Part shown: positions 1 through 10,183 of the stretch, in pieces | How the letters are laid out: each line of letters begins with the position of its first letter | Position numbering within the stretch: position 1 is the stretch's first letter | Source of the DNA: a phage | DNA length: 64,000 nt | Direction: 5' to 3' (one strand) | Assembly (NCBI GenBank): GCA_027337125.1 | Contig: GCA_027337125.1_3057.1 | Position numbers and translations under genes: made by a program | Notes under the pieces: generated by a model | The model's database searches: none | Told to the model about the DNA's origin: nothing | The model's input: the letters and a program-made list of their open reading frames with translations, nothing else

Positions 1-194
1 AGAATGATCAGAAGATTGGACGCAATACTGTCCGTGAATTGCTGGTTCAATATATCTTGTCAGAATTTGATGTTAAAGCCTTTGGTGTAGAATCGAAAGC
101 TTATCAAAAGCACGAAATTTCCGATAAAACTATTCGTCGCATGAAAAATCAACGCAAGAAAAAATTTGCAGACCTGAAAATTACTAAGGCATAA
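1..194 (+). CDS. 3' end of an upstream early ORF (partial, about 63 codons, basic C-terminus)
   Basis: Frame open from window edge to TAA at 192-194; abuts next ORF start at 197. Confidence 0.5.
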   Translation, partial: NDQKIGRNTVRELLVQYILSEFDVKAFGVESKAYQKHEISDKTIRRMKNQRKKKFADLKITKA

Positions 195-196
195 TT

Positions 197-412
197 ATGA
201 ACGAAGCTCTTATTAACGATTTACGCCTTGCTGGATATGAAGTAAATACAAATGGCATTGGTTTAACTCAAATTGAAGGAAATGGATTCATCCTTGAGTA
301 TGAATTCAATCAATGGTGGTTATATGCCAATTACGGCGAATTGATTGAATATGTTGACCAATTTGATTCACTGGATGCAGCTCTTGGAGCAGCTAAGTTG
401 ATGAATGTATGA
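197..412 (+). CDS. hypothetical small early protein (71 aa)
   Basis: ORF track; ATG 3 nt after upstream stop; position matches the T4 55.x small-ORF region. Confidence 0.5.
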   Translation: MNEALINDLRLAGYEVNTNGIGLTQIEGNGFILEYEFNQWWLYANYGELIEYVDQFDSLDAALGAAKLMNV

Positions 413-678
413 AATTTATTAATATTTCTATTACTATTGAAAATTATGGAATTTTCTATGTTGACCAATACATGAAAATTTCATTTTTTCCAAATAAGAC
501 TGGTGTTGGATATTGGGAAAGTCATGTTTCTGAATTAAATGAAAGTGAATATGTTAGCACCCATGAAAAGTTTTTAAACTTTTTATATCATGCTGATTTA
601 ACTAGTCATTATATAGATATTCATGAATTTAAAAAGATGATGGAGAAAGTGTTCCAAGCATACTGTTTACTTAGATAA
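409..678 (+). CDS. hypothetical small early protein (89 aa)
   Basis: ORF track; start overlaps upstream stop (ATGA coupling). Confidence 0.5.
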   Translation: MKFINISITIENYGIFYVDQYMKISFFPNKTGVGYWESHVSELNESEYVSTHEKFLNFLYHADLTSHYIDIHEFKKMMEKVFQAYCLLR

Positions 679-756
679 CTGATATCCTCTATGCTTTAAG
701 ATAGATCTTCAAATATTATGATATAATAGATCTATGAATTGAGCTAAGAGGTGAAA

Positions 757-1314
757 ATGTCAGAAACTAAGCCTAAATATAATTACGTAAACAATAAAGA
801 GCTTTTACAAGCTATTATTGATTGGAAAACAGAATTAGCAAATAATAAAGACCCAAATAAAGTAGTTCGTCAGAATGATACTATCGGATTAGCCATTATG
901 CTTATTGCAGAAGGCTTATCTAAACGTTTCAACTTTTCAGGATACACCCAGTCTTGGAAACAAGAAATGATTGCAGATGGTATAGAAGCTTCTATTAAGG
1001 GGCTTCATAATTTTGATGAAACGAAATATAAAAACCCACATGCATATATAACTCAAGCTTGTTTTAATGCATTCGTCCAACGTATTAAAAAAGAGCGTAA
1101 GGAAGTTGCAAAGAAATATAGTTACTTCGTTCACAATGTCTATGACAGTCGTGACGACGATATGGTTGCGTTAGTAGATGAAACTTTTATTCAAGATATC
1201 TACGATAAAATGACGCATTACGAAGAATCAACCTATAGAACACCGGGGGCTGAAAAGAAAAGTGTTGTAGACGATTCTCCTAGTTTGGATTTTTTATATG
1301 AGGCTAACGATTAA
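757..1314 (+). CDS. 55: gp55, sigma factor for late transcription
   Basis: Track ORF 751-1314 begins at GTG; ATG at 757 follows GAGG RBS and gives [10 protein letters not shown]..., matching recalled T4 gp55 (about 185 aa). Confidence 0.9.
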
Positions 1315-1516
1315 CCTCTCCGGATTCTTGGAAGAAATACCTGAAGTTGAAGCTATTCCCTATTTACTTAAAATGTATCTCAGGGAAGTTTTAGCTCTTG
1401 ACATTGATATTGACCCAGAAAATCCGTATGATACCGCTTTTAAATCTAATGGTGTAGAATTAAACTATCGGTATCATTTAACAGATGATGATTTTTATTT
1501 TATATTAGAGAAATAA
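1298..1516 (+). CDS. hypothetical protein (72 aa)
   Basis: ORF track; overlaps gp55 3' end; start codon uncertain. Confidence 0.4.
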
Positions 1517-1517
1517 T

Positions 1518-1835
1518 ATGACTGATAAACCCGAAATTAATGATGAAGTGGAAAAGCTTATTTCTTCTATTGAAGAAAAGAACCGTCTTGAAGCAGAAAG
1601 AAAAGCAAACAAGTTATTGTCTAAAAACAAACGCGAACTGAACCGTCTTTACAAGCACGCTCAGATTGCAGCTGAAAATAATAATTTTGCTCAGTACGAA
1701 TATGCTATCAAGAAAAGTCGGGATATTCTTAAACAGCCATATAACGATGAACTCATTAGTATTCTTTGGAAGACTACTAGATCACAGATTGAGGATATGA
1801 TTGATGCTTACACACGTAAAATTCAAGCGTCTTAA
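1518..1835 (+). CDS. hypothetical protein (105 aa), charged and probably coiled-coil
   Basis: ORF track; K/E-rich heptad-like sequence. Confidence 0.5.
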   Translation: MTDKPEINDEVEKLISSIEEKNRLEAERKANKLLSKNKRELNRLYKHAQIAAENNNFAQYEYAIKKSRDILKQPYNDELISILWKTTRSQIEDMIDAYTRKIQAS

Positions 1836-2007
1836 AATTAATGCAGGATTTACCGAATCTTTGAATGGTCATCTTTGTGTGAAAATTTCTGAAAAAGAAT
1901 ACCATGACAGTTCAATTAAAGAAGTTAATCCTCCTATTGTAAGAGCAGACCCTAATATGAAAGTGTGGGTTGATTCTTATCAAGTCAAAAAATGGTGGCA
2001 ACTGTGA
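1801..2007 (+). CDS. hypothetical protein (68 aa)
   Basis: ORF track only. Confidence 0.35.
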   Translation: MMLTHVKFKRLKINAGFTESLNGHLCVKISEKEYHDSSIKEVNPPIVRADPNMKVWVDSYQVKKWWQL

Positions 2008-2183
2008 AAGATGAACGCCCAGACTTGTGAAATAGATTATAATAAAATTCGTTCCTCTAAAGTAGAAATGATGAGACTCTTTAAAGAGTCTCATGATAAA
2101 GCTAAAGCAGAAGGAACTATAAAATATAAGCGTATAAAATTTAGAAGTTCTAATGAGCCTCTGTATGGTGTATTATGCGGATA

Positions 2184-2197
2184 GGAGCTTCGGCTCC
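2184..2197 (+). terminator. UUCG-tetraloop hairpin (GGAGC-uucg-GCUCC)
   Basis: Perfect 5 bp inverted repeat around ttcg, read from sequence. Confidence 0.5.
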
Positions 2198-2201
2198 TAT
2201 A

Positions 2202-2226
2202 TTGCTTTATAAATTTTTGGTAAAAT
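2202..2226 (+). promoter_or_regulatory. candidate MotA-dependent middle promoter for alpha-gt (TTGCTTTA box, about 12 bp, TAAAAT)
   Basis: MotA-box-like motif and -10 at canonical spacing about 25 bp upstream of the 2251 start. Confidence 0.45.
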
Positions 2227-2250
2227 AAACCAAAACAATGAGGATATTAA

Positions 2251-3453
2251 ATGAAAGTATGTATTTTTATGGCTCGGGGTCTTGAAGGTTGCGGTGTAAC
2301 TAAATTTTCTCTCGAGCAACGTGATTGGTTTATTAAAAATGGTCATGAAGTAACTTTGGTTTATGCTAAAGATAAATCATTTACTCGTAACTGTGCGCAT
2401 GATTATAAATCATTTTCAATTCCGGTTTTATTGGCAAAAGAATACGATAAAACACTTAAGCTGGTAAATGATTGTGATATTCTAATTATCAATTCAGTTC
2501 CTGCTACTTCAGTCGAAGAAGACACTATTAATAACTATAAAAAAATTATTGATAACATTAAACCTTCTGTTCGTGTTGTAGTTTATCAACATGACCATTC
2601 TTCTCTTTCTTTACGCCGAAATTTGGGATTAGAAGAAACTGTTCGTCGAGCTGATGTTATTTTTAGTCATTCTGATAATGGTGACTTTAATAAAGTTTTG
2701 ATGAAAGAATGGTATCCAGAAACAGTTTCTTTGTTTGATGATATTGAAGAAGCACCGACCGTATATAACTTTCAGCCTCCTATGGATATTGCGAAGGTTC
2801 GATCAACTTACTGGAAAGATGTTTCTGAAATTAACATGAATATCAACCGTTGGATTGGTCGTACAACTACGTGGAAAGGTTTTTATCAGATGTTTGATTT
2901 TCACGAAAAACATCTTAAACCTGCAGGACTAAGTACTATTATGGAAGGTCTGGAACGTTCTCCGGCATTCATTCCTATTAAAGAAAAAGGAATTCCATAC
3001 GAGTATTATCGTCTTCATCAAGTAGACCAAATTAAAATTGCTCCTAATTTGCCAACGCAAATTCTTGACCGTTATGTAAATAGCGAAATGCTTGAACGCA
3101 TGAGTAAATCCGGATTTGGTTATCAGCTGAGTAAATTGGACAAAAAATATCTACAACGTTCTTTAGAATATACTCATCTCGAGCTTGGTGCGTGCGGAAC
3201 AATTCCGGTATTTTGGAAATCTACTGGCGAAAATTTAAAATTCCGTGTTGATAATACTCCGTTAATTTCGCATGATAGCGGTATCGTTTGGTTTGATGAA
3301 AATGACATGGAATCAACATTTGAGCGTATTAAAGAACTGTCATCTGACCGAGCTCTTTATGACCGTGAACGTGAAAAAGCTTATGAATTTTTGTATCAGC
3401 ACCAAGATTCAAGCTTCTGCTTTAAAGAACAGTTTGACATTATTACAAAATAA
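2251..3453 (+). CDS. agt: DNA alpha-glucosyltransferase (hmC glucosylation)
   Basis: 400 aa; N-terminus MKVCIFMARGLEGCGVTKFSLEQRDWFIKNGHEV matches recalled T4 alpha-gt; sits between 55 and 47 as in T4. Confidence 0.9.
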   Translation: MKVCIFMARGLEGCGVTKFSLEQRDWFIKNGHEVTLVYAKDKSFTRNCAHDYKSFSIPVLLAKEYDKTLKLVNDCDILIINSVPATSVEEDTINNYKKIIDNIKPSVRVVVYQHDHSSLSLRRNLGLEETVRRADVIFSHSDNGDFNKVLMKEWYPETVSLFDDIEEAPTVYNFQPPMDIAKVRSTYWKDVSEINMNINRWIGRTTTWKGFYQMFDFHEKHLKPAGLSTIMEGLERSPAFIPIKEKGIPYEYYRLHQVDQIKIAPNLPTQILDRYVNSEMLERMSKSGFGYQLSKLDKKYLQRSLEYTHLELGACGTIPVFWKSTGENLKFRVDNTPLISHDSGIVWFDENDMESTFERIKELSSDRALYDREREKAYEFLYQHQDSSFCFKEQFDIITK

Positions 3454-3468
3454 AGGGCTTCGGCCCTT
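3453..3468 (+). terminator. UUCG-tetraloop hairpin (AAGGGC-uucg-GCCCUU) after alpha-gt
   Basis: Perfect 6 bp stem read from sequence, immediately after the agt stop. Confidence 0.55.
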
Positions 3469-3492
3469 TAGCTTTATACGGAGTTTGATATA

Positions 3493-3633
3493 ATGATATT
3501 TCTTGGATATGTGATACTTTTTCTTGCATTTTATCTATTCACTAGAGCATGTTGGATTGGGTTCTTTAGTACTCCAGATGGATTTATTTCAATAATTTTA
3601 TTTTGCATTTCAATGACGGTTCTTGATATATGA
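3493..3633 (+). CDS. small hydrophobic ORF (46 aa, predicted membrane peptide; 47.1-like position)
   Basis: Hand-derived ATG; stop overlaps gp47 start (ATATGA); a -10-like TATAAT overlaps its start, which lowers confidence. Confidence 0.35.
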   Translation: MIFLGYVILFLAFYLFTRACWIGFFSTPDGFISIILFCISMTVLDI

Positions 3634-4649
3634 AAATACTAAACTTGGGTGATTGGCATTTAGGCGTTAAAGCTGATGATGAGTGGGTTCAATCCATTCA
3701 GTTGGATGGAATTAAGCAAGCGATAGAATATTCTAAGAAAAATGGAATTACTGTATGGATTCAATACGGCGATATTTTTGATGTGCGAAAAGCAATCACG
3801 CATAAAACTATGGAGTTCGCTCGTGAAATAGTTCAAATGCTTGATGATGCTGGTATTACCCTACATACTATTGTAGGAAACCATGATATGCACTTCAAAA
3901 ATACTTTAACTCCAAATGCCTCTACTGAGCTTTTGGCTAAATATCCTAATGTTAAAGTATATGATAAGCCTACTACCGTAGATTTTGACGGATGTTTGAT
4001 TGATTTGATTCCTTGGATGTGCGAAGAAAATACTGGTGAAATCTTAGATCACATCAAAACTTCATCTGCTTCTTTTTGTGTCGGTCACTGGGAACTGAAT
4101 GGATTTTATTTTTATAAAGGAATGAAATCTCACGGTCTTGAGCCTGATTTCCTTAAGACTTATAAAGAGGTGTGGTCTGGTCACTTCCATACTATTTCTG
4201 AGGCTGCAAACGTCAAGTATATTGGGACACCATGGACACTAACCGCAGGTGACGAGAATGACCCTCGTGGGTTCTGGATGTTTGATACAGAAACAGAGCG
4301 AATGGAATTTATTCCAAACAATACTACTTGGCATCGTCGAATTCAATATCCATTTAAGGGAAAAATTGACTATAAAGATTTTACAAATCTATCAGTACGT
4401 GTTATAGTAACTGAAGTAGACAAAAATCTGACGAAGTTCGAATCTGAACTAGAAAAAGTTGTGCATTCATTGCGAGTTGTGTCAAAGATTGATAACTCTG
4501 TCGAGTCAGATGATAGTGAAGAAGTTGAAGTTCAATCTCTTCAGACGTTGATGGAAGAATATATTAATGCAATTCCAGACATCACTGATTCTGACCGTGA
4601 AGCACTTATTCAATATGCAAATCAGTTATATGTAGAGGCAACACAATGA
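3630..4649 (+). CDS. 47: gp47, Mre11-like recombination nuclease subunit
   Basis: 339 aa; phosphoesterase motifs GDWHLG and GNHD; position and length as T4 gp47. Confidence 0.9.
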   Translation: MKILNLGDWHLGVKADDEWVQSIQLDGIKQAIEYSKKNGITVWIQYGDIFDVRKAITHKTMEFAREIVQMLDDAGITLHTIVGNHDMHFKNTLTPNASTELLAKYPNVKVYDKPTTVDFDGCLIDLIPWMCEENTGEILDHIKTSSASFCVGHWELNGFYFYKGMKSHGLEPDFLKTYKEVWSGHFHTISEAANVKYIGTPWTLTAGDENDPRGFWMFDTETERMEFIPNNTTWHRRIQYPFKGKIDYKDFTNLSVRVIVTEVDKNLTKFESELEKVVHSLRVVSKIDNSVESDDSEEVEVQSLQTLMEEYINAIPDITDSDREALIQYANQLYVEATQ

Positions 4650-4909
4650 CTTTTGATGAATTTAAAAATGTTATGATGAGTCAGCATTTTGAATGCGAAG
4701 TAAAAGATGATATTGGTCATAAAGATATTATTGAATACTGGTTTGAACCACTAGAGGTTGAAGATAATTGTATTAAAAAGGTTACAGTCTGCACTGACTG
4801 GGCTGTATCTTTTAACTTCAACATTTTAGATAATGACACACCTAAATCATTACGAGATATGGCTGTATCTTGTATTAAGGATGCATACTGTGAAGTTTTC
4901 GACATTTGA
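4646..4909 (+). CDS. hypothetical protein (87 aa)
   Basis: ORF track; start overlaps gp47 stop. Confidence 0.5.
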   Translation: MTFDEFKNVMMSQHFECEVKDDIGHKDIIEYWFEPLEVEDNCIKKVTVCTDWAVSFNFNILDNDTPKSLRDMAVSCIKDAYCEVFDI

Positions 4910-5096
4910 CATTAATGATGAATTCATAGCAAATATTGATTATACTGAAGAAGATTCTAGATATGTTGGAATAATTTATATCACATCAAAAGCAGCACAA
5001 GGTGTTGTTTGCATGGCTGAATTTGATGAATACTTTTTAGATTATGATGATATGATAGAATGGTCTAAAAGATACATTAAAAGGAATCTTTTGTGA
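4833..5096 (+). CDS. hypothetical protein (87 aa; start uncertain)
   Basis: ORF track; overlaps upstream ORF by 77 nt, so the true start may be internal. Confidence 0.4.
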   Translation: MTHLNHYEIWLYLVLRMHTVKFSTFDINDEFIANIDYTEEDSRYVGIIYITSKAAQGVVCMAEFDEYFLDYDDMIEWSKRYIKRNLL

Positions 5097-6775
5097 AGAA
5101 TTTTAAACTTAACAGAGTAAAATATAAAAATATAATGTCAGTTGGACAAAATCCTATTGACATTCAACTAGATAAGGTTCAAAAAACTCTTATTACTGGA
5201 CGAAATGGCGGTGGTAAGTCTACTATGCTAGAAGCCATCACATTTGGGCTTTTTGGCAAGCCATTTCGCGATGTAAAGAAAGGCCAATTAATAAACAGCA
5301 CAAATAAGAAAGAACTTTTAGTTGAATTGTGGATGGAATATGATGAGAAAAAGTACTATATCAAAAGAGGACAAAAACCAAATGTTTTCGAAATCACCGT
5401 TAACGGTACACGTCTTAATGAATCTGCCAGCAGTAAAGATTTCCAAGCAGAATTTGAACAGCTTATCGGAATGTCATATGCCAGTTTCAAGCAGATTGTT
5501 GTCCTTGGTACAGCAGGGTATACCCCTTTCATGGGTTTGTCGACCCCTGCGCGAAGAAAGCTTGTGGAAGACCTGCTCGAGGTAGGAACATTAGCTGAAA
5601 TGGATAAGCTTAATAAAGCACTAATACGTGAATTAAATTCACAAAACCAAGTGCTTGACGTTAAAAAAGATAGTATTATCCAACAAATTAAAATATATAA
5701 TGATAACGTTGAACGCCAGAAAAAATTAACTGGTGACAACCTTACTCGTCTTCAAAATATGTATGATGATTTGGCAAAAGAAGCTAGAACATTAAAGTCT
5801 GAAATTGAAGAAGCTAATGAAAGATTAGTTAATATTGTTTTGGATGAAGACCCGACTGATGCATTTAATAAAATTGGTCAAGAAGCATTTTTAATTAAAT
5901 CAAAAATTGACTCATATAATAAAGTCATTAATATGTATCACGAAGGTGGATTATGCCCAACCTGTTTGTCACAATTAAGTTCAGGTGATAAAGTTGTTTC
6001 TAAAATTAAAGATAAAGTTTCTGAATGCACACATTCATTTGAACAGCTTTCAACACATCGTGATAATTTAAAAGTTCTTGTTGATGAATACCGAGATAAT
6101 ATTAAAACTCAACAATCATTGGCAAATGATATTCGCAATAAAAAGCAATCTCTAATTACGACAGTAGATAAAGCTAAAAAAGTTAAAGCGGCTATAGAAA
6201 AAGCATCTTCTGAGTTTATTGACCATGCTGATGAAATAGCACTGCTTCAAGAAGAACTTGATAAAATTGTTAAGACAAAAACTAATTTAGTAATGGAAAA
6301 ATACCACCGAGGAATTTTGACTGATATGCTCAAAGATTCTGGTATTAAAGGTGCTATTATTAAAAAGTACATTCCATTATTCAATAAGCAGATTAACCAT
6401 TATCTTAAAATAATGGAAGCGGATTATGTGTTTACATTAGATGAAGAATTTAATGAGACAATTAAATCCCGCGGTCGCGAAGATTTTAGTTATGCTTCAT
6501 TTAGTCAAGGTGAAAAAGCGCGAATTGATATTGCTCTTTTATTTACTTGGCGTGATATTGCTGAAAAAGTTTCAGGTGTTAAAATAAACACACTAATTCT
6601 TGATGAAGTTTTTGATTCAGCCACCGACGTTGAAGGTGTAAAAGCTATTTCAACTATTTTAGATAGTTTAAAAAATACTAATGTTTTTGTTATTTCACAC
6701 AGAGACCATGACCCACAAGCATATGGTCAGCATCTTCAAATGAAGAAAGTTGGTCGATTTACTGTAATGGCTTAA
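5093..6775 (+). CDS. 46: gp46, Rad50-like recombination ATPase
   Basis: 560 aa; Walker A GRNGGGKST, zinc-hook CPTC, Walker B LILDEVFDS. Confidence 0.9.
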   Translation: MKNFKLNRVKYKNIMSVGQNPIDIQLDKVQKTLITGRNGGGKSTMLEAITFGLFGKPFRDVKKGQLINSTNKKELLVELWMEYDEKKYYIKRGQKPNVFEITVNGTRLNESASSKDFQAEFEQLIGMSYASFKQIVVLGTAGYTPFMGLSTPARRKLVEDLLEVGTLAEMDKLNKALIRELNSQNQVLDVKKDSIIQQIKIYNDNVERQKKLTGDNLTRLQNMYDDLAKEARTLKSEIEEANERLVNIVLDEDPTDAFNKIGQEAFLIKSKIDSYNKVINMYHEGGLCPTCLSQLSSGDKVVSKIKDKVSECTHSFEQLSTHRDNLKVLVDEYRDNIKTQQSLANDIRNKKQSLITTVDKAKKVKAAIEKASSEFIDHADEIALLQEELDKIVKTKTNLVMEKYHRGILTDMLKDSGIKGAIIKKYIPLFNKQINHYLKIMEADYVFTLDEEFNETIKSRGREDFSYASFSQGEKARIDIALLFTWRDIAEKVSGVKINTLILDEVFDSATDVEGVKAISTILDSLKNTNVFVISHRDHDPQAYGQHLQMKKVGRFTVMA

Positions 6776-6830
6776 TTTACAAGAGATTATGCTTTAATTT
6801 ATTAGAGTATAATCTCTATGGAGGAAAAAC

Positions 6831-7019
6831 ATGGAATATTCAACTGGACAGCATTTATTAACTTTTCCTGAAATAAAACGATATATTCTGAGAAATAATT
6901 TTTCTAATGAAGAGCATATAGTTACTGAATCTATGCTTAAGAATGCATTTAAATCAGAATATACAAAAATAATGTCCAACAGAAATGAAGCTTGGACTGT
7001 TACTGATTATTATGACTAA
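6831..7019 (+). CDS. hypothetical protein (62 aa)
   Basis: ORF track only. Confidence 0.4.
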   Translation: MEYSTGQHLLTFPEIKRYILRNNFSNEEHIVTESMLKNAFKSEYTKIMSNRNEAWTVTDYYD

Positions 7020-7028
7020 AGGTGTATT

Positions 7029-7418
7029 ATGACTAAAATTACTGTGAATTATAACGTTGATGTAAAAGATATTCAGCCAAAACACGTGCGTTCTGACTCA
7101 AATCCGCAAAACCAAAATAAAATTCGTCGAGCATGGGTTTTGTCTCTTTCTGAAAACGCAATGGAAATTATTCAGGATAAAATTAAATCTGCTCCAGCTC
7201 GTCATGCGTATTATGAAGCTATCGATCGTGAAGTAAGCGATAAATGGATTGAACTAATGCGTAAACATACTGCAGAATCCCTAAACGCCGGTGCTAAATT
7301 TATTATGACTTCATGTGGTGAACGCCTTGAAGATGATTATTGTGGTAATGCAGATGAACGTCTAATTGTCGCTGCTCAAATTGTTGCAGAAACAATTGCT
7401 TCTGATTTTAATCGTTAA
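7029..7418 (+). CDS. rpbA: RpbA, RNA polymerase-binding protein
   Basis: 129 aa, same length and position (between 46 and 45) as T4 RpbA. Confidence 0.75.
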   Translation: MTKITVNYNVDVKDIQPKHVRSDSNPQNQNKIRRAWVLSLSENAMEIIQDKIKSAPARHAYYEAIDREVSDKWIELMRKHTAESLNAGAKFIMTSCGERLEDDYCGNADERLIVAAQIVAETIASDFNR

Positions 7419-7443
7419 TTGCTTTATTAAATTAGTTATAAAA
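7419..7443 (+). promoter_or_regulatory. candidate MotA-box middle promoter for gene 45 (TTGCTTTA ... TATAAA)
   Basis: MotA-box-like motif right after rpbA stop with a -10-like element about 10-11 bp downstream. Confidence 0.45.
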
Positions 7444-7473
7444 TTAAATCTCATTTGAATTGAAGGAAATTAC

Positions 7474-8160
7474 ATGAAACTGTCTAAAGATACTACTGCT
7501 CTGCTTAAAAATTTCGCTACTATTAACTCCGGTATTATGCTTAAATCAGGTCAATTTATTATGACTCGCGCAGTTAATGGTACAACTTATGCGGAAGCAA
7601 ATATTTCTGACGTTATTGATTTTGATGTTGCAATTTACGATTTGAACGGTTTTCTCGGTATTCTGTCTCTAGTTAACGATGATGCAGAAATTTCCCAGTC
7701 AGAAGATGGAAATATTAAAATTGCTGATGCCCGCTCAACAATTTTTTGGCCAGCAGCCGATCCGAGTACAGTAGTTGCTCCTAATAAACCAATTCCATTC
7801 CCGGTAGCATCTGTTGTTACTGAAATTAAAGCTGAAGACCTTCAACAGCTGTTGCGTGTATCTCGTGGTCTGCAGATTGATACAATTGCTATCACAGTAA
7901 AAGAAGGTAAAATCGTAATTAACGGTTTTAACAAAGTAGAAGATTCTGCTTTGACTCGTGTTAAATATTCTTTAACTCTTGGTGATTATGATGGTGAAAA
8001 TACATTTAATTTCATTATCAATATGGCAAATATGAAAATGCAACCAGGAAATTATAAACTTCTGCTCTGGGCAAAAGGTAAACAAGGCGCTGCTAAATTT
8101 GAAGGTGAACACGCGAATTATGTAGTAGCTCTTGAAGCTGATTCCACCCACGATTTTTAA
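7474..8160 (+). CDS. 45: gp45, sliding clamp
   Basis: 228 aa; position between rpbA and 44; length equals T4 gp45. Confidence 0.9.
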   Translation: MKLSKDTTALLKNFATINSGIMLKSGQFIMTRAVNGTTYAEANISDVIDFDVAIYDLNGFLGILSLVNDDAEISQSEDGNIKIADARSTIFWPAADPSTVVAPNKPIPFPVASVVTEIKAEDLQQLLRVSRGLQIDTIAITVKEGKIVINGFNKVEDSALTRVKYSLTLGDYDGENTFNFIINMANMKMQPGNYKLLLWAKGKQGAAKFEGEHANYVVALEADSTHDF

Positions 8161-8163
8161 TAG

Positions 8164-8177
8164 AGGGCTTCGGCCCT
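8164..8177 (+). terminator. UUCG-tetraloop hairpin (AGGGC-uucg-GCCCU) between 45 and 44
   Basis: Perfect inverted repeat read from sequence. Confidence 0.5.
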
Positions 8178-8210
8178 TTATAATTTACACTAAACTTGAA
8201 TGAGGAAATT

Positions 8211-9170
8211 ATGATTACCGTAAATGAAAAAGAACACATTCTTGAACAGAAATATCGTCCATCTACTATCGATGAATGTATTCTTCCCGCCTTTGATAAA
8301 GAAACCTTTAAATCTATTACAAGTAAAGGTAAGATTCCACATATTATTCTTCATTCTCCTTCTCCAGGAACAGGTAAAACAACTGTAGCAAAAGCATTGT
8401 GCCATGATGTAAATGCTGATATGATGTTTGTGAATGGATCAGATTGTAAAATTGATTTCGTTCGTGGTCCTTTGACTAATTTTGCCAGCGCCGCTTCATT
8501 TGATGGTCGTCAAAAAGTAATCGTTATTGATGAATTTGACCGCTCAGGATTAGCAGAGTCTCAGCGACATCTTCGTTCCTTTATGGAAGCTTATAGTTCA
8601 AACTGCAGTATTATTATTACTGCTAACAATATTGATGGTATTATTAAACCGCTTCAGTCACGCTGCCGAGTTATCACATTCGGTCAACCGACCGATGAAG
8701 ATAAAATTGAAATGATGAAGCAGATGATTCGTCGATTGACTGAAATCTGTAAACATGAAGGAATTGCTATAGCTGATATGAAAGTTGTAGCAGCTTTGGT
8801 TAAAAAGAATTTTCCTGATTTTCGTAAAACTATTGGCGAGCTCGATAGTTATTCATCTAAAGGTGTTTTGGATGCTGGTATTTTATCACTGGTTACTAAC
8901 GATCGTGGTGCTATTGATGATGTTCTTGAGTCTCTCAAAAATAAAGATGTTAAACAACTCAGAGCTTTAGCACCAAAATATGCGGCTGATTATTCGTGGT
9001 TCGTGGGTAAACTTGCCGAAGAAATCTATTCACGTGTAACTCCACAGAGTATTATTCGTATGTACGAAATTGTCGGCGAAAATAATCAGTATCATGGTAT
9101 TGCAGCTAATACTGAATTGCATCTAGCTTATCTTTTCATTCAGTTAGCATGTGAAATGCAGTGGAAGTGA
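8211..9170 (+). CDS. 44: gp44, clamp-loader AAA+ ATPase subunit
   Basis: Track ORF starts at 8196; ATG at 8211 follows GAGGAAA RBS and gives [17 protein letters not shown]; Walker A GTGKTT and SRC motif. Confidence 0.9.
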
Positions 9171-9171
9171 T

Positions 9172-9735
9172 ATGAGCTTATTTGAAGATGATATTCAATT
9201 AAACGAGCATCAAGTTGCTTGGTATTCAAAAGATTGGACAGCTGTCCAATCCGCTGCTGATTCTTTTAAAGAAAAAGCTGAAAATGAGTTTTTTGAAATA
9301 ATTGGAGCTATTAATAATAAAACTAAATGCTCTATTGCTCAAAAAGATTATTCAAAATTCATGGTTGAGAATGCATTATCACAATTTCCAGAGTGCATGC
9401 CAGCTGTATATGCTATGAATTTAATTGGATCAGGCTTAAGCGATGAAGCTCATTTTAATTATCTGATGGCTGCAGTTCCTCGTGGTAAAAGATATGGTAA
9501 ATGGGCAAAACTGGTTGAAGATTCCACTGAAGTATTGATTATTAAGTTACTTGCTAAGCGGTATCAAGTTAATACAAATGATGCAATTAACTATAAATCA
9601 ATTCTTACTAAAAATGGAAAACTTCCTTTAGTATTAAAAGAACTAAAAGGTTTAGTCACGGATGATTTTTTGAAAGAAGTGACTAAGAACGTAAAAGAAC
9701 AGAAACAACTCAAAAAACTAGCATTGGAATGGTAA
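9172..9735 (+). CDS. 62: gp62, clamp-loader small subunit
   Basis: Track ORF starts at 9151; ATG at 9172 overlaps gp44 stop and gives 187 aa as in T4. Confidence 0.85.
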   Translation: MSLFEDDIQLNEHQVAWYSKDWTAVQSAADSFKEKAENEFFEIIGAINNKTKCSIAQKDYSKFMVENALSQFPECMPAVYAMNLIGSGLSDEAHFNYLMAAVPRGKRYGKWAKLVEDSTEVLIIKLLAKRYQVNTNDAINYKSILTKNGKLPLVLKELKGLVTDDFLKEVTKNVKEQKQLKKLALEW

Positions 9736-9736
9736 A

Positions 9737-10105
9737 ATGATTGAAATTACTCTTAAAAAACCTGAAGATTTTCTGAAAGTAAAAGAAACTTTGACTCGTA
9801 TGGGAATTGCTAATAATAAAGATAAAGTTCTGTATCAGTCCTGTCATATTCTTCAGAAAAAAGGACTATACTATATCGTTCATTTTAAAGAAATGCTTCG
9901 TATGGATGGTCGCCAAGTTGAAATGACAGAAGAAGATGAAGTTCGTCGTGATTCGATTGCATGGCTATTAGAAGATTGGGGACTGATTGAAATCGTTCCT
10001 GGTCAAAGAACTTTTATGAAAGATTTAACTAATAACTTCCGAGTTATTTCTTTTAAACAAAAACATGAATGGAAACTCGTTCCTAAATATACGATTGGTA
10101 ATTAA
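9737..10105 (+). CDS. regA: RegA, translational repressor of early mRNAs
   Basis: 122 aa; directly follows gene 62 and precedes gene 43 as in T4. Confidence 0.85.
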   Translation: MIEITLKKPEDFLKVKETLTRMGIANNKDKVLYQSCHILQKKGLYYIVHFKEMLRMDGRQVEMTEEDEVRRDSIAWLLEDWGLIEIVPGQRTFMKDLTNNFRVISFKQKHEWKLVPKYTIGN

Positions 10106-10108
10106 GCA

Positions 10109-10124
10109 AGGGGCTTCGGCCCCT
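10109..10124 (+). terminator. UUCG-tetraloop hairpin (AGGGGC-uucg-GCCCCU) after regA
   Basis: Perfect 6 bp stem read from sequence. Confidence 0.5.
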
Positions 10125-10149
10125 TAATTGGAGTATAATATATCAAGAG

Positions 10150-10183
10150 CCTAATAACTCGGGCTATAAACTAAGGAATATCT
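10150..10183 (+). promoter_or_regulatory. gene 43 translational operator hairpin overlapping the RBS
   Basis: AGCC-uaauaacuc-GGGCU hairpin followed by AAGGAA RBS just upstream of the gp43 ATG; T4 DNA polymerase is known to autoregulate through such a hairpin. Confidence 0.5.

Noticed and set aside
2208-2215. Late promoter upstream of agt (TATAAATT) and near 12926 (TATAAATC)
   Set aside because: Each has one mismatch to the near-invariant TATAAATA late consensus; more likely part of A/T-rich early/middle promoter context.
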